A model generated the notes under the pieces. That model was not told where the DNA came from and made no database searches. It was given only the letters and a program-made list of their open reading frames with translations. The translations under genes were made by a program, and so were the position numbers. From contig OY762926.1 of the NCBI GenBank assembly GCA_963666735.1, positions 2,240,001-2,304,000 on the forward strand: a stretch of 64,000 nt of DNA, in the 5' to 3' direction. Positions 38,227 through 47,278 of the stretch are shown piece after piece. This stretch comes from Gemmatimonadota bacterium (lineage in GTDB: Bacteria; Gemmatimonadota; Gemmatimonadetes; Palauibacterales; Palauibacteraceae). Position 1 is the first letter of the stretch. The number at the start of each line of letters is the position of its first letter.

Positions 38227-39117
38227 TCAACGATGTCCGGTGCATGAACGGGACAGCCATGCGGCGGCGTCCGCCAGGCCGCCGAAGGTGTACAGGTGAA
38301 TGTCGACGGCCGGCACCCTCTCGCGGACGCCCGGCGCCTCCCCACGGTCGGCCAGGTGCGCGGCCAGCTCGCGCGCGATCGGGGTCGGCGACCACCTGCC
38401 AGCCAACCGTGCGACCTCCGGCGTGCGCCTCAGCGCCCGCGCGGACGCCCCGACGCCGCAGTGGACCGCGTATCCGATCAGCGTGCGTAGCGCGACGGGC
38501 CCAGGCACCCCGATGCGAACCGGCAGCGTGCAACCGGCCTCCCTCGTCCGCGCCAGCCAGGCGAGAGCGGGGGCGGACGAAAACACGAACTGCGTCACCA
38601 CCCAGAGCTCCGAACCCGTCGCCCGGGCGTATTCCGTCTTGCGCCGAAGGGCTTCATCAAGATCGGCCGCGCCGACGAGGGGATGGCCCTCCGGATACGA
38701 CGTGACGCCAAGCCGCCGCAGACCGTGCTCGGCAAGCAGCCCGGAGTCGAGCAGGGCCGGCGTATCGGGGTACGGGCCGGCGGGCGCGGCGCGGTCTCCG
38801 GCCACCAGCATCAGGGAATCCACCCCTGTCTCCACCAGCGCGGACAGCCAGTCACCGAGCTCGTCGCGGCTCCGGATCGAACGCGCCGACAGGTGCGGCA
38901 CCGGCCTCATGTCCGCCGCCAGCACCCGTTCGCAGGCGGCGATCGTGTCGGGCCACCGGCCCTTCGACGGGAACGGCACATAGACGGCGGCACCGCGGGG
39001 CAGGTGGCCGGCGAGGACTTCCGGCGGCGGCACCCTTCGCGCCGGAACCTCCACGGAGGCACCGATGGCCAGGTCGCTGAGCGCGGCCCGAATCCGGGTC
39101 TCCGCGGGAGGCGGCAT
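38227..39117 (-). CDS. metF: Methylenetetrahydrofolate reductase family protein
   Basis: PVPHLSAR, VAGD, YPEGHP, VTQFVF, IHLYTFGG. Confidence 0.75.
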   Translation of the reverse strand: MPPPAETRIRAALSDLAIGASVEVPARRVPPPEVLAGHLPRGAAVYVPFPSKGRWPDTIAACERVLAADMRPVPHLSARSIRSRDELGDWLSALVETGVDSLMLVAGDRAAPAGPYPDTPALLDSGLLAEHGLRRLGVTSYPEGHPLVGAADLDEALRRKTEYARATGSELWVVTQFVFSSAPALAWLARTREAGCTLPVRIGVPGPVALRTLIGYAVHCGVGASARALRRTPEVARLAGRWSPTPIARELAAHLADRGEAPGVRERVPAVDIHLYTFGGLADAAAWLSRSCTGHR

Positions 39118-39139
39118 CCGGTCGGACGCGGTTGGGCCC

Positions 39140-40255
39140 TCAGCTCCGGCCGGTGCGGCGCAGCACCCTGAGGTGGTTGCGCACGTTGTCGTGCTCGTAA
39201 TAGGCGTCCTGCAGGTGGCGACGCCCGTTCGACACCATCTCGGTGCGACCGTGGAGCACCCGGTGCCCGGCGCACAACAGGATCTGCCCGCCCTCCAGCC
39301 GGAAGGTCACCTGGGCGGCGGGGTCGTTGACGCGGCTCGACAGCTCGTGGTAGGCGGCGTAGAACTCGCCCAGTCGGGGCTCCGACAGGGGAACGGCCTG
39401 CATCTGCGCCGTGTTGAAGCGGATCATCCTGATCTCCCCGTCGCTGTCCAGGTCGACCATGGGGTTGGCCGCATAGCACTCGTATTCGTCACTGAAGATG
39501 CGGAACGGCACCCGAACCGAGCACAGCACGTCGAACTTCTTGGGGTGCTCGCGGCGCAGGGTCTCGAGCAGGCCGAACCCGTCCACCACGGTGGATTCGC
39601 CGCCGTCGCACTCGTTCACGAGCATGTGCAGCGCCTGCACGGTCGGGGGCCACGTGTAGCTGGTGAAGTCGTTGTGCGCTCGGACGGCCAGAGCCGTGTG
39701 CGCGATGTTGTATCCCTTCGGATCGAGCTTGACGTTGTGGATGCGCTCGAACAGCACCTCGCGGACCGGACCCAGGCGGGCGGCGAGTTCCTCCAGCGAG
39801 TCCGGTTCGGTGGGGGCGTCGACCAGGACGCAGACCCCCGTCCGCAGAAATTCCTCGATCACTGCCGCCGCCGCGCGGTCGTTCGCCAAGAACGGCCCGT
39901 AGTCGAACCTTTTCGGCTCGAACCCGCCGTCCCAGTACTGCAGGTCGGGACGAGGCGGGCTCAGGAGGCGGTGGATCTCGCTCGACCGGTAGCGGGTCCG
40001 GTGACCGTCCGGCCAGGCGATGGCGAGCGCCTCGTTCTCGGACCCGGCGCCCTCGATGTCGACCGTCGCCGGCTTCAGGTCGCTCGGGACCCGGAACAGG
40101 TGGAACCGCTTCTCCGTGGTCTGCTCGACGCAACACTCGCTGCAGCCGCAGTTGTCGCGCAGCCAGAGGTAGGGAAGATCGGTCCGTTCGCCGCCGCTCC
40201 AGATTGCCGTCAGGGCGTCCACATTCTCCGCGAGGCTGCTGATCGAGTGAGACAT
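39140..40255 (-). CDS. Fe(II)/2-oxoglutarate dioxygenase, gamma-butyrobetaine hydroxylase (BBOX)/TmpA-like
   Basis: WLRDNCGCSEC Zn motif, HND, GGES..VDGF, RVLHGR. Confidence 0.88.
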   Translation of the reverse strand: MSHSISSLAENVDALTAIWSGGERTDLPYLWLRDNCGCSECCVEQTTEKRFHLFRVPSDLKPATVDIEGAGSENEALAIAWPDGHRTRYRSSEIHRLLSPPRPDLQYWDGGFEPKRFDYGPFLANDRAAAAVIEEFLRTGVCVLVDAPTEPDSLEELAARLGPVREVLFERIHNVKLDPKGYNIAHTALAVRAHNDFTSYTWPPTVQALHMLVNECDGGESTVVDGFGLLETLRREHPKKFDVLCSVRVPFRIFSDEYECYAANPMVDLDSDGEIRMIRFNTAQMQAVPLSEPRLGEFYAAYHELSSRVNDPAAQVTFRLEGGQILLCAGHRVLHGRTEMVSNGRRHLQDAYYEHDNVRNHLRVLRRTGRS

Positions 40256-40393
40256 GGTCGATCCCCCCTCCGTTGTGACGGGCTGACAGCGAACCTTACC
40301 GGGTATCGAGCCCTCTTGACAATGCCCGCCGGCGCTGCCGACGCTGCCCTGCGAGGAATCGCCCGAAGAACACTCACCGGGAGAGTGACCGGC

Positions 40394-41002
40394 ATGCCCC
40401 GTACGGCGACGACGAACGGAAAGTCGAGCGGTCCCGTGGTGAGCTTCACCCGCATGGAGGACGGCACCCGCGAGGACTACGAAATGCTTGCGGACCTCGA
40501 GGAGGAGTTCGCGGCCGGCGCCGCGGAACGGGTGCTGGCGCACCTCCGCCAGCTGTCCGGTTCCATGGGCGGCTACAAGGTCGACCGGCTGGAGCATTCC
40601 CTGCAGAGCGCGACCCGCGCCCACCGGGACGGCGCGGAAGAGGAAGTGGTCGTAGCCGCACTCCTGCATGACATCGACGACCTGCTCGCCCCGCACAGCC
40701 ACGGCGAGCTGGCCGCGCTCCTGCTGCGCCCCTTCGTGACCGAACGCACGCACTGGATCGTCCGGCATCACGGTCTGTTCCAGCGCGTCTACTACGCCCA
40801 CCACGTGGGGGGCGACCCCAACGCGCGCGACAGGTACCGCGACCATCCCTGGTACCAGGATGCCGTGGATTTCTGCCACCGCTGGGACCAGTGCTCGTTC
40901 GATCCCGACTACGACTCGCTGCCGATCGAGTTCTTCGAGCCGATGGTCCGCCGGGTGTTCGCGCGCGAGCCGTTCAGCCTCGCCCCGCGGGGGTACGCGT
41001 GA
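40394..41002 (+). CDS. HD-domain protein (PhnZ/TmpB/MIOX-like diiron family)
   Basis: LEHSLQSATRA, ALLHDI, H..LAA, HHG.FQ, WDQ. Confidence 0.8.
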   Translation: MPRTATTNGKSSGPVVSFTRMEDGTREDYEMLADLEEEFAAGAAERVLAHLRQLSGSMGGYKVDRLEHSLQSATRAHRDGAEEEVVVAALLHDIDDLLAPHSHGELAALLLRPFVTERTHWIVRHHGLFQRVYYAHHVGGDPNARDRYRDHPWYQDAVDFCHRWDQCSFDPDYDSLPIEFFEPMVRRVFAREPFSLAPRGYA

Positions 41003-41186
41003 TCCGGTATTCGCGACGCGTCCGGAAGCTGCGGCTTGTGCGGGCGGAGGGGTAGCGGCGCTGGTCGCGAGACTCCTCTCCGGCGGCCATCCCCTTCATC
41101 GTCGGTCTGTTCATTTCCCGCCAACGCCTCGACGACAAGTTCATCTGGGCGAACGGCGAATCATCCACGAGGAGGCGGTGAGAGAG

Positions 41187-41912
41187 ATGTCATCCATGCC
41201 CGGCTGGTCGCGGAGGCGGTTTCTGGGGAGCGGGTCGGCGGCCGCGGCGGTCGCCGCTGTTTGGGGATGCGCGCCGGACGAGGGAACGCGGGTGGGCGGA
41301 GGTAGGCCCCCGGCGCCGCTCGCCGGCCCTCGCCGTTTGCTTGCGGAGCCGGGGCCGATGCTGCCGCCCGTCCCGGCGATCCTGCTCACCGTGAACGGCC
41401 GACCCGGCGACCCCGACGAGATCTCGGTGCTGTGGACGTTCGTCGTGAGCGGCAACCCGCCCCAGATCGGGGTGAGCGCGGCCTTCGAGCATCAGGCGAG
41501 GGAACTCCTGGAGATTCACGACGAGTTTGTGCTGAACGTCCCGCTCGCGTCGATGGTCGAGGCGTTCGACACTGTCGACATGAACTCCGGAAGGGTAGCC
41601 GACAAGTTCGAACTCTCGGGTCTGACGCGGGGCGCCGCGACCTCGGTCGATGCGCCCACGGTGGAGGAGTCTCCCATCCACTGCGAGTGTCGGATGATCG
41701 ACTCGATCGAGATGCCGCCCGAGCGGAAACTTTTCTTCGCGGAGGTCGTGGCCACGACCGTCATGGAGGGCGCGGTCGACGACGCCGGTCGCCTGATCGT
41801 GCCCGATGTGGACTTCTTCGGGATGACCGCCGGGAGCGGCGAGCACTACACGATGGGCCGACGGGTCGGCAACATCGGAATGACGGCCGACCGGACCGAC
41901 ATCAAGTACTGA
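41187..41912 (+). CDS. Flavin-reductase-like FMN-binding split-barrel protein with Tat lipoprotein signal
   Basis: SRRRFLG...WGC; NPPQIGVS, EFVLNVP, DKF..SGLT, AP.VEESP..CECR. Confidence 0.8.
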   Translation: MSSMPGWSRRRFLGSGSAAAAVAAVWGCAPDEGTRVGGGRPPAPLAGPRRLLAEPGPMLPPVPAILLTVNGRPGDPDEISVLWTFVVSGNPPQIGVSAAFEHQARELLEIHDEFVLNVPLASMVEAFDTVDMNSGRVADKFELSGLTRGAATSVDAPTVEESPIHCECRMIDSIEMPPERKLFFAEVVATTVMEGAVDDAGRLIVPDVDFFGMTAGSGEHYTMGRRVGNIGMTADRTDIKY

Positions 41913-42037
41913 CGCCCTACCCGGTGCAACGCATCACTGGCACCCGCCCTATTCGGCGCGTCCCCCCCGACCCTTCGTCTGCGGAGCCGAGCCAGCCCCG
42001 TAGGCGGATCGCTAACGGTCAACATCACGGCAGGAGA

Positions 42038-42208
42038 TCACGTAAGTCTAACTTTAGTCTTCGCGTCGAACGCCTCCCAAAGGAGTATCCGCACTTCCGC
42101 CGGCAGCTCTCCCAGCGCAGGGCGACTGGGAAGCTCCTCCAAGCCCTGAGCTTGCCGGAACGTGACCTTGCGTGGATCGGGAAGCCGATCGCGGCTAGTC
42201 ATCGGCAT
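42038..42208 (-). pseudogene. Remnant resembling the N-terminus of an AbiJ-NTD4-type protein
   Basis: TFRQAQGLEELPSRPALGELPAEVRILLW then early stop. Confidence 0.5.
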
Positions 42209-42308
42209 GAACGAAGAAATGTCGTGCGGCCCATTTGTCGCGCCGCCTCTCCGGTCCCGCGCTACCGGACGCGATGATGAAGCACCGATCAAGGCTTCCC
42301 CGCCCTGG

Positions 42309-42438
42309 CTCCTTAATCAGAAACCCCGCCATCACCGTCTTGCCCTCGCCCGGATCGTCGGCCAGCACGAACCGGAGCCGGCTGGCGCTCGAGCATCGCG
42401 TCGTACACCGCTTCCAACGGGCGCGGGAGCGGCTCTAG
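42309..42438 (-). pseudogene. Remnant of a SNF2-family (DrmD-like) helicase motif I region
   Basis: Manual translation [20 protein letters not shown] / [23 protein letters not shown] with a 1-nt insertion. Confidence 0.75.
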
Positions 42439-42488
42439 ACTAGCAGCTAGCTGAGCTGGCGAAATGCCGGGAACGATGCGCTCGAACT

Positions 42489-42881
42489 TCACCGACCGGT
42501 GCCGGCTCCTTCGCTCGCCGCGCCGGTCAGGGAGACGTCGAGCCGGACCTGATCGTACGGCACGCTCGCGACCAGCCTGCCGCGCTCGCCCCGCCGCAGT
42601 TCCACCAGCCCGTATTGCGACATCGTCTTCAGCGTCCTCGAGAGGTTCGACTTGCTCCGCCCGGCCATCTCCGCAAGCTCCGTGAGCGAACGCGGATGCT
42701 CCCGCGCGATCAACTCCAAGAGACGCCGGTTATGCTCCGACAGCAACTTGGCGAAGCTGTCGAGCGAGGTGAACCACACCTTGGGCTCGCCCCGTCCTGG
42801 CGTGTGTTCGCCACGGGCGATCGCCAGCGTCCGAGCCTTCATCCGGTCGTAGCGCGCGATCCCGATCGTCAACGTCTTCAT
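42489..42881 (-). CDS. HTH antitoxin/regulator (HVO_A0114/TumA-like)
   Basis: MKARTLAIARGE, KVWFTSLDS, SLTELAE.AGRSKSNLSRTLKTM. Confidence 0.8.
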   Translation of the reverse strand: MKTLTIGIARYDRMKARTLAIARGEHTPGRGEPKVWFTSLDSFAKLLSEHNRRLLELIAREHPRSLTELAEMAGRSKSNLSRTLKTMSQYGLVELRRGERGRLVASVPYDQVRLDVSLTGAASEGAGTGR

Positions 42882-43248
42882 GGCATCGATCCCCTTCCCT
42901 GAGCACGTGGTCCACTTCCTTCCAGAAATCTTCGAGGAGCGTGGCGGCGTCCTCATACTCATACGGCCGGACTGTGCGCAGACGGTGCCGGTGGTCCCGC
43001 TCCGGCCTTCGCCCGCCGCCCGGGCCTCGCCGCTCCCGCACCGGGTGCGCGTTGTCGAATCCGACCAGCCTCGAACCGTCCGGCGCGTGCAGCGTCAGCG
43101 AGTAGCTGAGGCCGTGCGGACGCTCGGGCGTCGGCTCCGCCCGCACCACGACGAACTTCACCCAGTGCCCGGCGTCGTCCACGAACAGCGTCTCGCCGTG
43201 CAGCCCGAGCAGCGTGTCCAGTCCCGGATCCCGGTACGGTCTTGTCAT
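42730..43248 (-). CDS. DUF6516/TumE-like toxin with probable 3' frameshift extension
   Basis: PHGLSYSLTLH, GFDNAH, DHRH, PYEY..AATLLEDFW; reads past the expected ATGA junction at 42881. Confidence 0.7.
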   Translation of the reverse strand: MTRPYRDPGLDTLLGLHGETLFVDDAGHWVKFVVVRAEPTPERPHGLSYSLTLHAPDGSRLVGFDNAHPVRERRGPGGGRRPERDHRHRLRTVRPYEYEDAATLLEDFWKEVDHVLREGDRCHEDVDDRDRALRPDEGSDAGDRPWRTHARTGRAQGVVHLARQLRQVAVGA

Positions 43249-43257
43249 CCCCTAATG

Positions 43258-43274
43258 TTATCATAGACTGATAA
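43258..43274. promoter_or_regulatory. Inverted repeat TTATCA-N5-TGATAA, candidate TA operator
   Basis: Perfect 6-bp arms 9 nt upstream of the toxin ATG. Confidence 0.65.
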
Positions 43275-43467
43275 ACAGGAGCAAGGCCACGAGGGGGTTC
43301 CGAGGCTAGGCGGTCCCGCCCGGCGCGGACGCGAGGCCGCAAGGTTCGAGCTTCCGAGCAGCACGGGAGTCGAAACCGATCGCCGGTCCGGTCCGTAGGA
43401 TGCCGTCCTTGGGGAATCGAAGCGTGAAGGGTCGCGCGACCATCGAGGCGAAACGCCCCGAAGGCTC

Positions 43468-43871
43468 ACCGCGAGCCCATGGTCCCGCGTCTCGAACAGG
43501 AAGGGGAGATCGAATATCTGCGTCTCGGGAACCCAGCCCGAGAGCACCGGGGTGCCCGTGATCGCCATGTGCACCGCGCCGACCTGGATCTGCTCGAAGG
43601 CCACCCTCTCGCCCCCAAGCTGTCCCGACGGATAGATGACGACCCGGAACCGTCCGCCCGTGCGCTCCAGCATGAGGTCCCGGAACCGCTCCGCCATGAG
43701 GTGGAACTCCGACCCGGTCGATAGCACATGGGAAAAGCGAACCTCCCAGGTGGACGACTCGGCGGGCGGGACGGAATCGGCCGACCCGGGCCCGCGGCAC
43801 GCAGCCAGCAGGAGCGTTGCGACCGCCACCACGCCAAACCGGGTCCCGACCCGCGGCGCGGCCGCGTTCAC
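43468..43871 (-). pseudogene. Truncated TRAP transporter solute-binding protein (DctP), lipoprotein
   Basis: LLAAC lipobox, IYPSGQLGGE, FDLPFLF, then similarity ends at about 135 aa. Confidence 0.8.
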
Positions 43872-44055
43872 GAACCGTCGACCCTTGGCGCAACACACTT
43901 CCGCCCCACTCTCACTCCTCGGTCAGTGGCACACCTTCCACCATGGCAGTGTGGTGGCCGGGAACGACATACACGAACGAAGCAACGCCCGCGGCGGGCT
44001 GGAGGGCCATCGCGAAGCCGCCGTCCCTCTCTGCATGGACTCGCCTTTCCACTCG

Positions 44056-44820
44056 TCAGGCGCCCCAGATCGTCTGGCCGCCGTCGATGAACAGAGACGC
44101 GCCCGTCACGAGGCGTGCCTCTTCGTTCGACGCGAGGTATACGACGGCCCCCACCACGTCGTCCGGCGCACCGATCTTGCCGAGCGGGATGCGGGCGAGG
44201 CGCCGCTTGCGGAATTCGGCTTGAGCGATGTCGGCGCGGTTCAGGTCGGTTTCGATCAGACCCGGGGCGACGGCGTTCACCCGGATCCCGTGGGGCGCGA
44301 GTTCGAGCGCCATTTGCTTCGTGAGCATATCGACCCCCGCCTTCGACACGCAGTAGTGGGTGAGGTTCGGGGCGGCCACCGCCTGCCCGGCGGATGACAC
44401 GTTGACGATCGCGCCCCCCGTCCCGGCCTCGACCATGCGGCGCCCCACCGCCTGCCCGACCAGGAAGTAGCCCTTCAGATTCACGCTCTGAATGTCGTCC
44501 CACTCCTCCTCGTCGATCTCGAGGAAGGGCGTTCGCTTCAGGATCCCTGCGTTGTTCACGAGGATGTCGAGGCCGTCCAGGAAGTCGCGCGCCCCGGCGA
44601 CGAAGCGCACGACATCCGATCGGGAGTCCGTGGAGCCCCGCACGGCGACCGCGCGGCGTCCCATCTCTTCGATCTCACGGACGGCGCTCGCGGCATCTTC
44701 ACGACTCTGCCGGTAGTTGACCGCCACGTCCGCACCCTCGCGCGCCAGCCCCAGGGCGATGCCGCGACCGATGCTCCGAGAGCCGCCGGTGACCAGAGCA
44801 CGCTTGCCTTCAAGACGCAT
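44056..44820 (-). CDS. Short-chain dehydrogenase/reductase
   Basis: TGGSRSIG, NNAG, YCVSK, VNAVAPG. Confidence 0.93.
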   Translation of the reverse strand: MRLEGKRALVTGGSRSIGRGIALGLAREGADVAVNYRQSREDAASAVREIEEMGRRAVAVRGSTDSRSDVVRFVAGARDFLDGLDILVNNAGILKRTPFLEIDEEEWDDIQSVNLKGYFLVGQAVGRRMVEAGTGGAIVNVSSAGQAVAAPNLTHYCVSKAGVDMLTKQMALELAPHGIRVNAVAPGLIETDLNRADIAQAEFRKRRLARIPLGKIGAPDDVVGAVVYLASNEEARLVTGASLFIDGGQTIWGA

Positions 44821-44841
44821 GGAGAGCCTCCCGGCCGATGG

Positions 44842-45151
44842 TCACGAGAGCGCCGGGAACGCTGCCTCCGCCTCGGCCCCGAAGGCGAGATCTCGGAGCG
44901 GCTGGATCGCAGCAACGCTTCAATATCCGCCGTGGTGCAGTTCCCCCGCCGGATCCAGATGAATGTACGGCGCCGCCCCCTGCTTGCGCGACAGACAGCA
45001 AATCGAGGCCCCCATCTACTTCATGATGTGAAATCGCGGCGTCGGTCGCTCGTGCGAGTCCGACATCCCGGACGTGGGTGGATTCCGGAAACACATCCGA
45101 TAAGCCAGCGACGAGACGCGGGGACAAGTTCTCGTCGAAGAGGAGTTTCAC
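44842..45151 (-). pseudogene. DUF5615 PIN-like toxin, disrupted
   Basis: MKLLFDENLS...HVRDVGL..ATD; IWIRRGNCTT.DI resumes in another frame. Confidence 0.75.
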
Positions 45152-45375
45152 CCGGGCGGAATCGAAACGAGCCTGCGCTCACGCTCCGCCGCAAAGGCCA
45201 GCGCCGCCCGGATGTCGTCGCGCTCCAAGTCCGGAAAATCCGCCAGGATTTCCGCTTCCGTCATCCCTGACGCCAGGTATTCAAGGATATCGTACACCGT
45301 GATCCGGAGCCCCCGGATGCACGGCTTCCCTCCTCTCTTCTCCGGCTCGAGCGTAATTTGGTCCGAAAGGTTCAT
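45148..45375 (-). CDS. DUF433 antitoxin
   Basis: GGKPCIRGLRITVYDILEYLASGM..AEILADFPDL. Confidence 0.92.
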   Translation of the reverse strand: MNLSDQITLEPEKRGGKPCIRGLRITVYDILEYLASGMTEAEILADFPDLERDDIRAALAFAAERERRLVSIPPG

Positions 45376-45553
45376 GCCCCAGAATATCCCCAGGCCTCAT
45401 CGAGGGGTCAAATCTTGCCGCCTGGCATGGCTCGCCGCGATGACCATCGAGCCAACCTCATTCCGCAGCCCGCTGACCATCTCTACGTTCACGGCGGTGG
45501 GGTGGCGATAGCTTGGTGTTCGGTGTGACACGTTCTCTCTCGCGGAGCGATCC

Positions 45554-47134
45554 ATGAGGTCCTCGGTTCGAGTCGGACTCGCCTGTTCGTTTGCATTTCT
45601 GTCCACCCAAGCCGTGTCCGCCCAGTCGTTTCCGTCCGACGATCCGGTCATTCGGGCGATCTGGGAGGAGGGCGTCGAGCGCTCGCAGGTCTACGAACTC
45701 GGCCAAGTCATGATGGACTCGATCGGGCCGCGCCTCACCGGCTCGCCCGCCATGGCCGACGCCAACGACTGGGCGCTGGCGAAGTACGCGGAGTGGGGCA
45801 TCGAGGCGTACAAGGAGCAGTACGGCACATGGCGCGGGTGGGAGCGCGGGATCACCCACATCGATCTCGTCTCGCCGCGGGTCAGGTCGCTGGAGGGCGT
45901 GGCCGCCGCATGGAGTCCCGCCACGGACGGACCCGTCGAGGCGGAGGTCGTGATTCTGGCAGACGCGGGCGGCCCCGACGCGTTCCAGGCATGGCTGCCT
46001 GAGGCGCAAGACAAGTTCGTCCTCATCTCCCGACCGGAGGCGAGTTGCCGTCCGCGGGAGAACCTTGAGCAGTTCTCCCGGCCCGAGACGCGGACCCGCA
46101 TGACGGAGGAGCGCGAGCGGGCGGTCGCGGCGTGGCGCGAGCGGGAGGAGAACACGGGGGTCGGCCGGCGCGCCCTGCCCGAAGCGCTCGACGACGCCGG
46201 AGCCGCCGGAGTCATCCGCTCGCAGTGGTCGGAGGGCTGGGGCGTGAACAAGATCTTCGGCACCGGGAACGAGCGGGCCCCGTTGCTCGACCTGAGTTGC
46301 GAGGCGTACGGGCTCCTCTACCGGTTGGCCGAGAACGGTCAGGGGCCGGTCCTGCGCGTCGACGCCCGGGCCCGCTTCCTCGGCGAGGTGCCGGTCTTCA
46401 ACGCCTTCGCCGTGATCCCCGGCAGCGCCGAGCCGGAGGAGTACGTGATCCTCGGAGGCCACTACGACTCGTGGGATGGTTCGGACGGCGCGCTCGACAA
46501 CGGCACCGGCGCGGTCGCGATCATGGAGGCGATGCGGATCCTGAAGCACGCCGCCCCGAACCCCCGCCGCACGATCATCGGCGCCCTTTGGAACGGCGAG
46601 GAGCAGGGCCTGAACGGGTCACGCGCCTTCGTCGAGGACCATCCCGAGATTCTCGAGCGCACTCACACCGTGTTCAACATCGATCACGGGAACGGGCCCG
46701 TCACCTTCATTCCCATGCAGGGCTTCGCCGCGGCCGGCGGGCGCTTCGGCGACTGGCTCGCGCAGATCCCGAGCGAACTCGCGGACCTCGTCACCCTCGA
46801 GATCCCCGGGATGCCCGAATCCGGCGGGACCGACCACGCCTCCTTCCTCTGCGCCGGAGTCCCGGCCTTCAGCTTCCACGTGGGCCCCGGCCGCAGCGCC
46901 ATGAACATCGCCGACAACCGCTGGGACACGAGCACCTACACCTGGCACACCAACCGGGACTCCTTCGACAAGATCATCTTCGAGGACCTGCGCGACGACG
47001 CGGTGATGACCGCGATGTTCGCCTACCTGGCCTCCGAGGACCCGGAGCCGATGCCCCGCGACCGGCGCGCCATGCCCGACGGTTCGCAGTGGCCCGACTG
47101 CCGCCCCCCGGCGCGGAGTTCTGGCTCCCCCTGA
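45554..47134 (+). CDS. Peptidase M28 family (carboxypeptidase Q-like), exported
   Basis: IGPRLTGS, GGHYDSW, GALDNGTG, GEEQGL.GS, TDH.SF, WHT..D. Confidence 0.9.
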   Translation: MRSSVRVGLACSFAFLSTQAVSAQSFPSDDPVIRAIWEEGVERSQVYELGQVMMDSIGPRLTGSPAMADANDWALAKYAEWGIEAYKEQYGTWRGWERGITHIDLVSPRVRSLEGVAAAWSPATDGPVEAEVVILADAGGPDAFQAWLPEAQDKFVLISRPEASCRPRENLEQFSRPETRTRMTEERERAVAAWREREENTGVGRRALPEALDDAGAAGVIRSQWSEGWGVNKIFGTGNERAPLLDLSCEAYGLLYRLAENGQGPVLRVDARARFLGEVPVFNAFAVIPGSAEPEEYVILGGHYDSWDGSDGALDNGTGAVAIMEAMRILKHAAPNPRRTIIGALWNGEEQGLNGSRAFVEDHPEILERTHTVFNIDHGNGPVTFIPMQGFAAAGGRFGDWLAQIPSELADLVTLEIPGMPESGGTDHASFLCAGVPAFSFHVGPGRSAMNIADNRWDTSTYTWHTNRDSFDKIIFEDLRDDAVMTAMFAYLASEDPEPMPRDRRAMPDGSQWPDCRPPARSSGSP

Positions 47135-47159
47135 CCCTCCGCCGCCTGCCACGACGAGA

Positions 47160-47253
47160 TACTAAATCTTGTTGAATTAGTACATCAGTAGTAGGTTGCG
47201 TACTCCTGGAGGGGGTGGCACGAGACCCGATACTAATTTGACACGAATTGGTA
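47160..47253 (+). promoter_or_regulatory. Two TACTAA-N11-TT(A/G)GTA palindromes upstream of fic; second contains TTGACA
   Basis: 47160-47182 and 47231-47253 in an AT-rich spacer. Confidence 0.6.
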
Positions 47254-47278
47254 CGTTGTTAGTACCTGGAGCGTAATT

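Noticed and set aside
39065..40879. Long mutual overlap of the TauD and HD ORFs (645 aa and 579 aa)
   Set aside because: Extensions are antisense shadows typical of high-GC DNA; recognisable domains start at 40255 (-) and 40394 (+).
43360..43385. GGTTTCGACTCCC (minus strand) as a tRNA or att remnant
   Set aside because: Only a T-loop-like fragment; no cloverleaf and no match to the 3' ends of tRNAs in this window.
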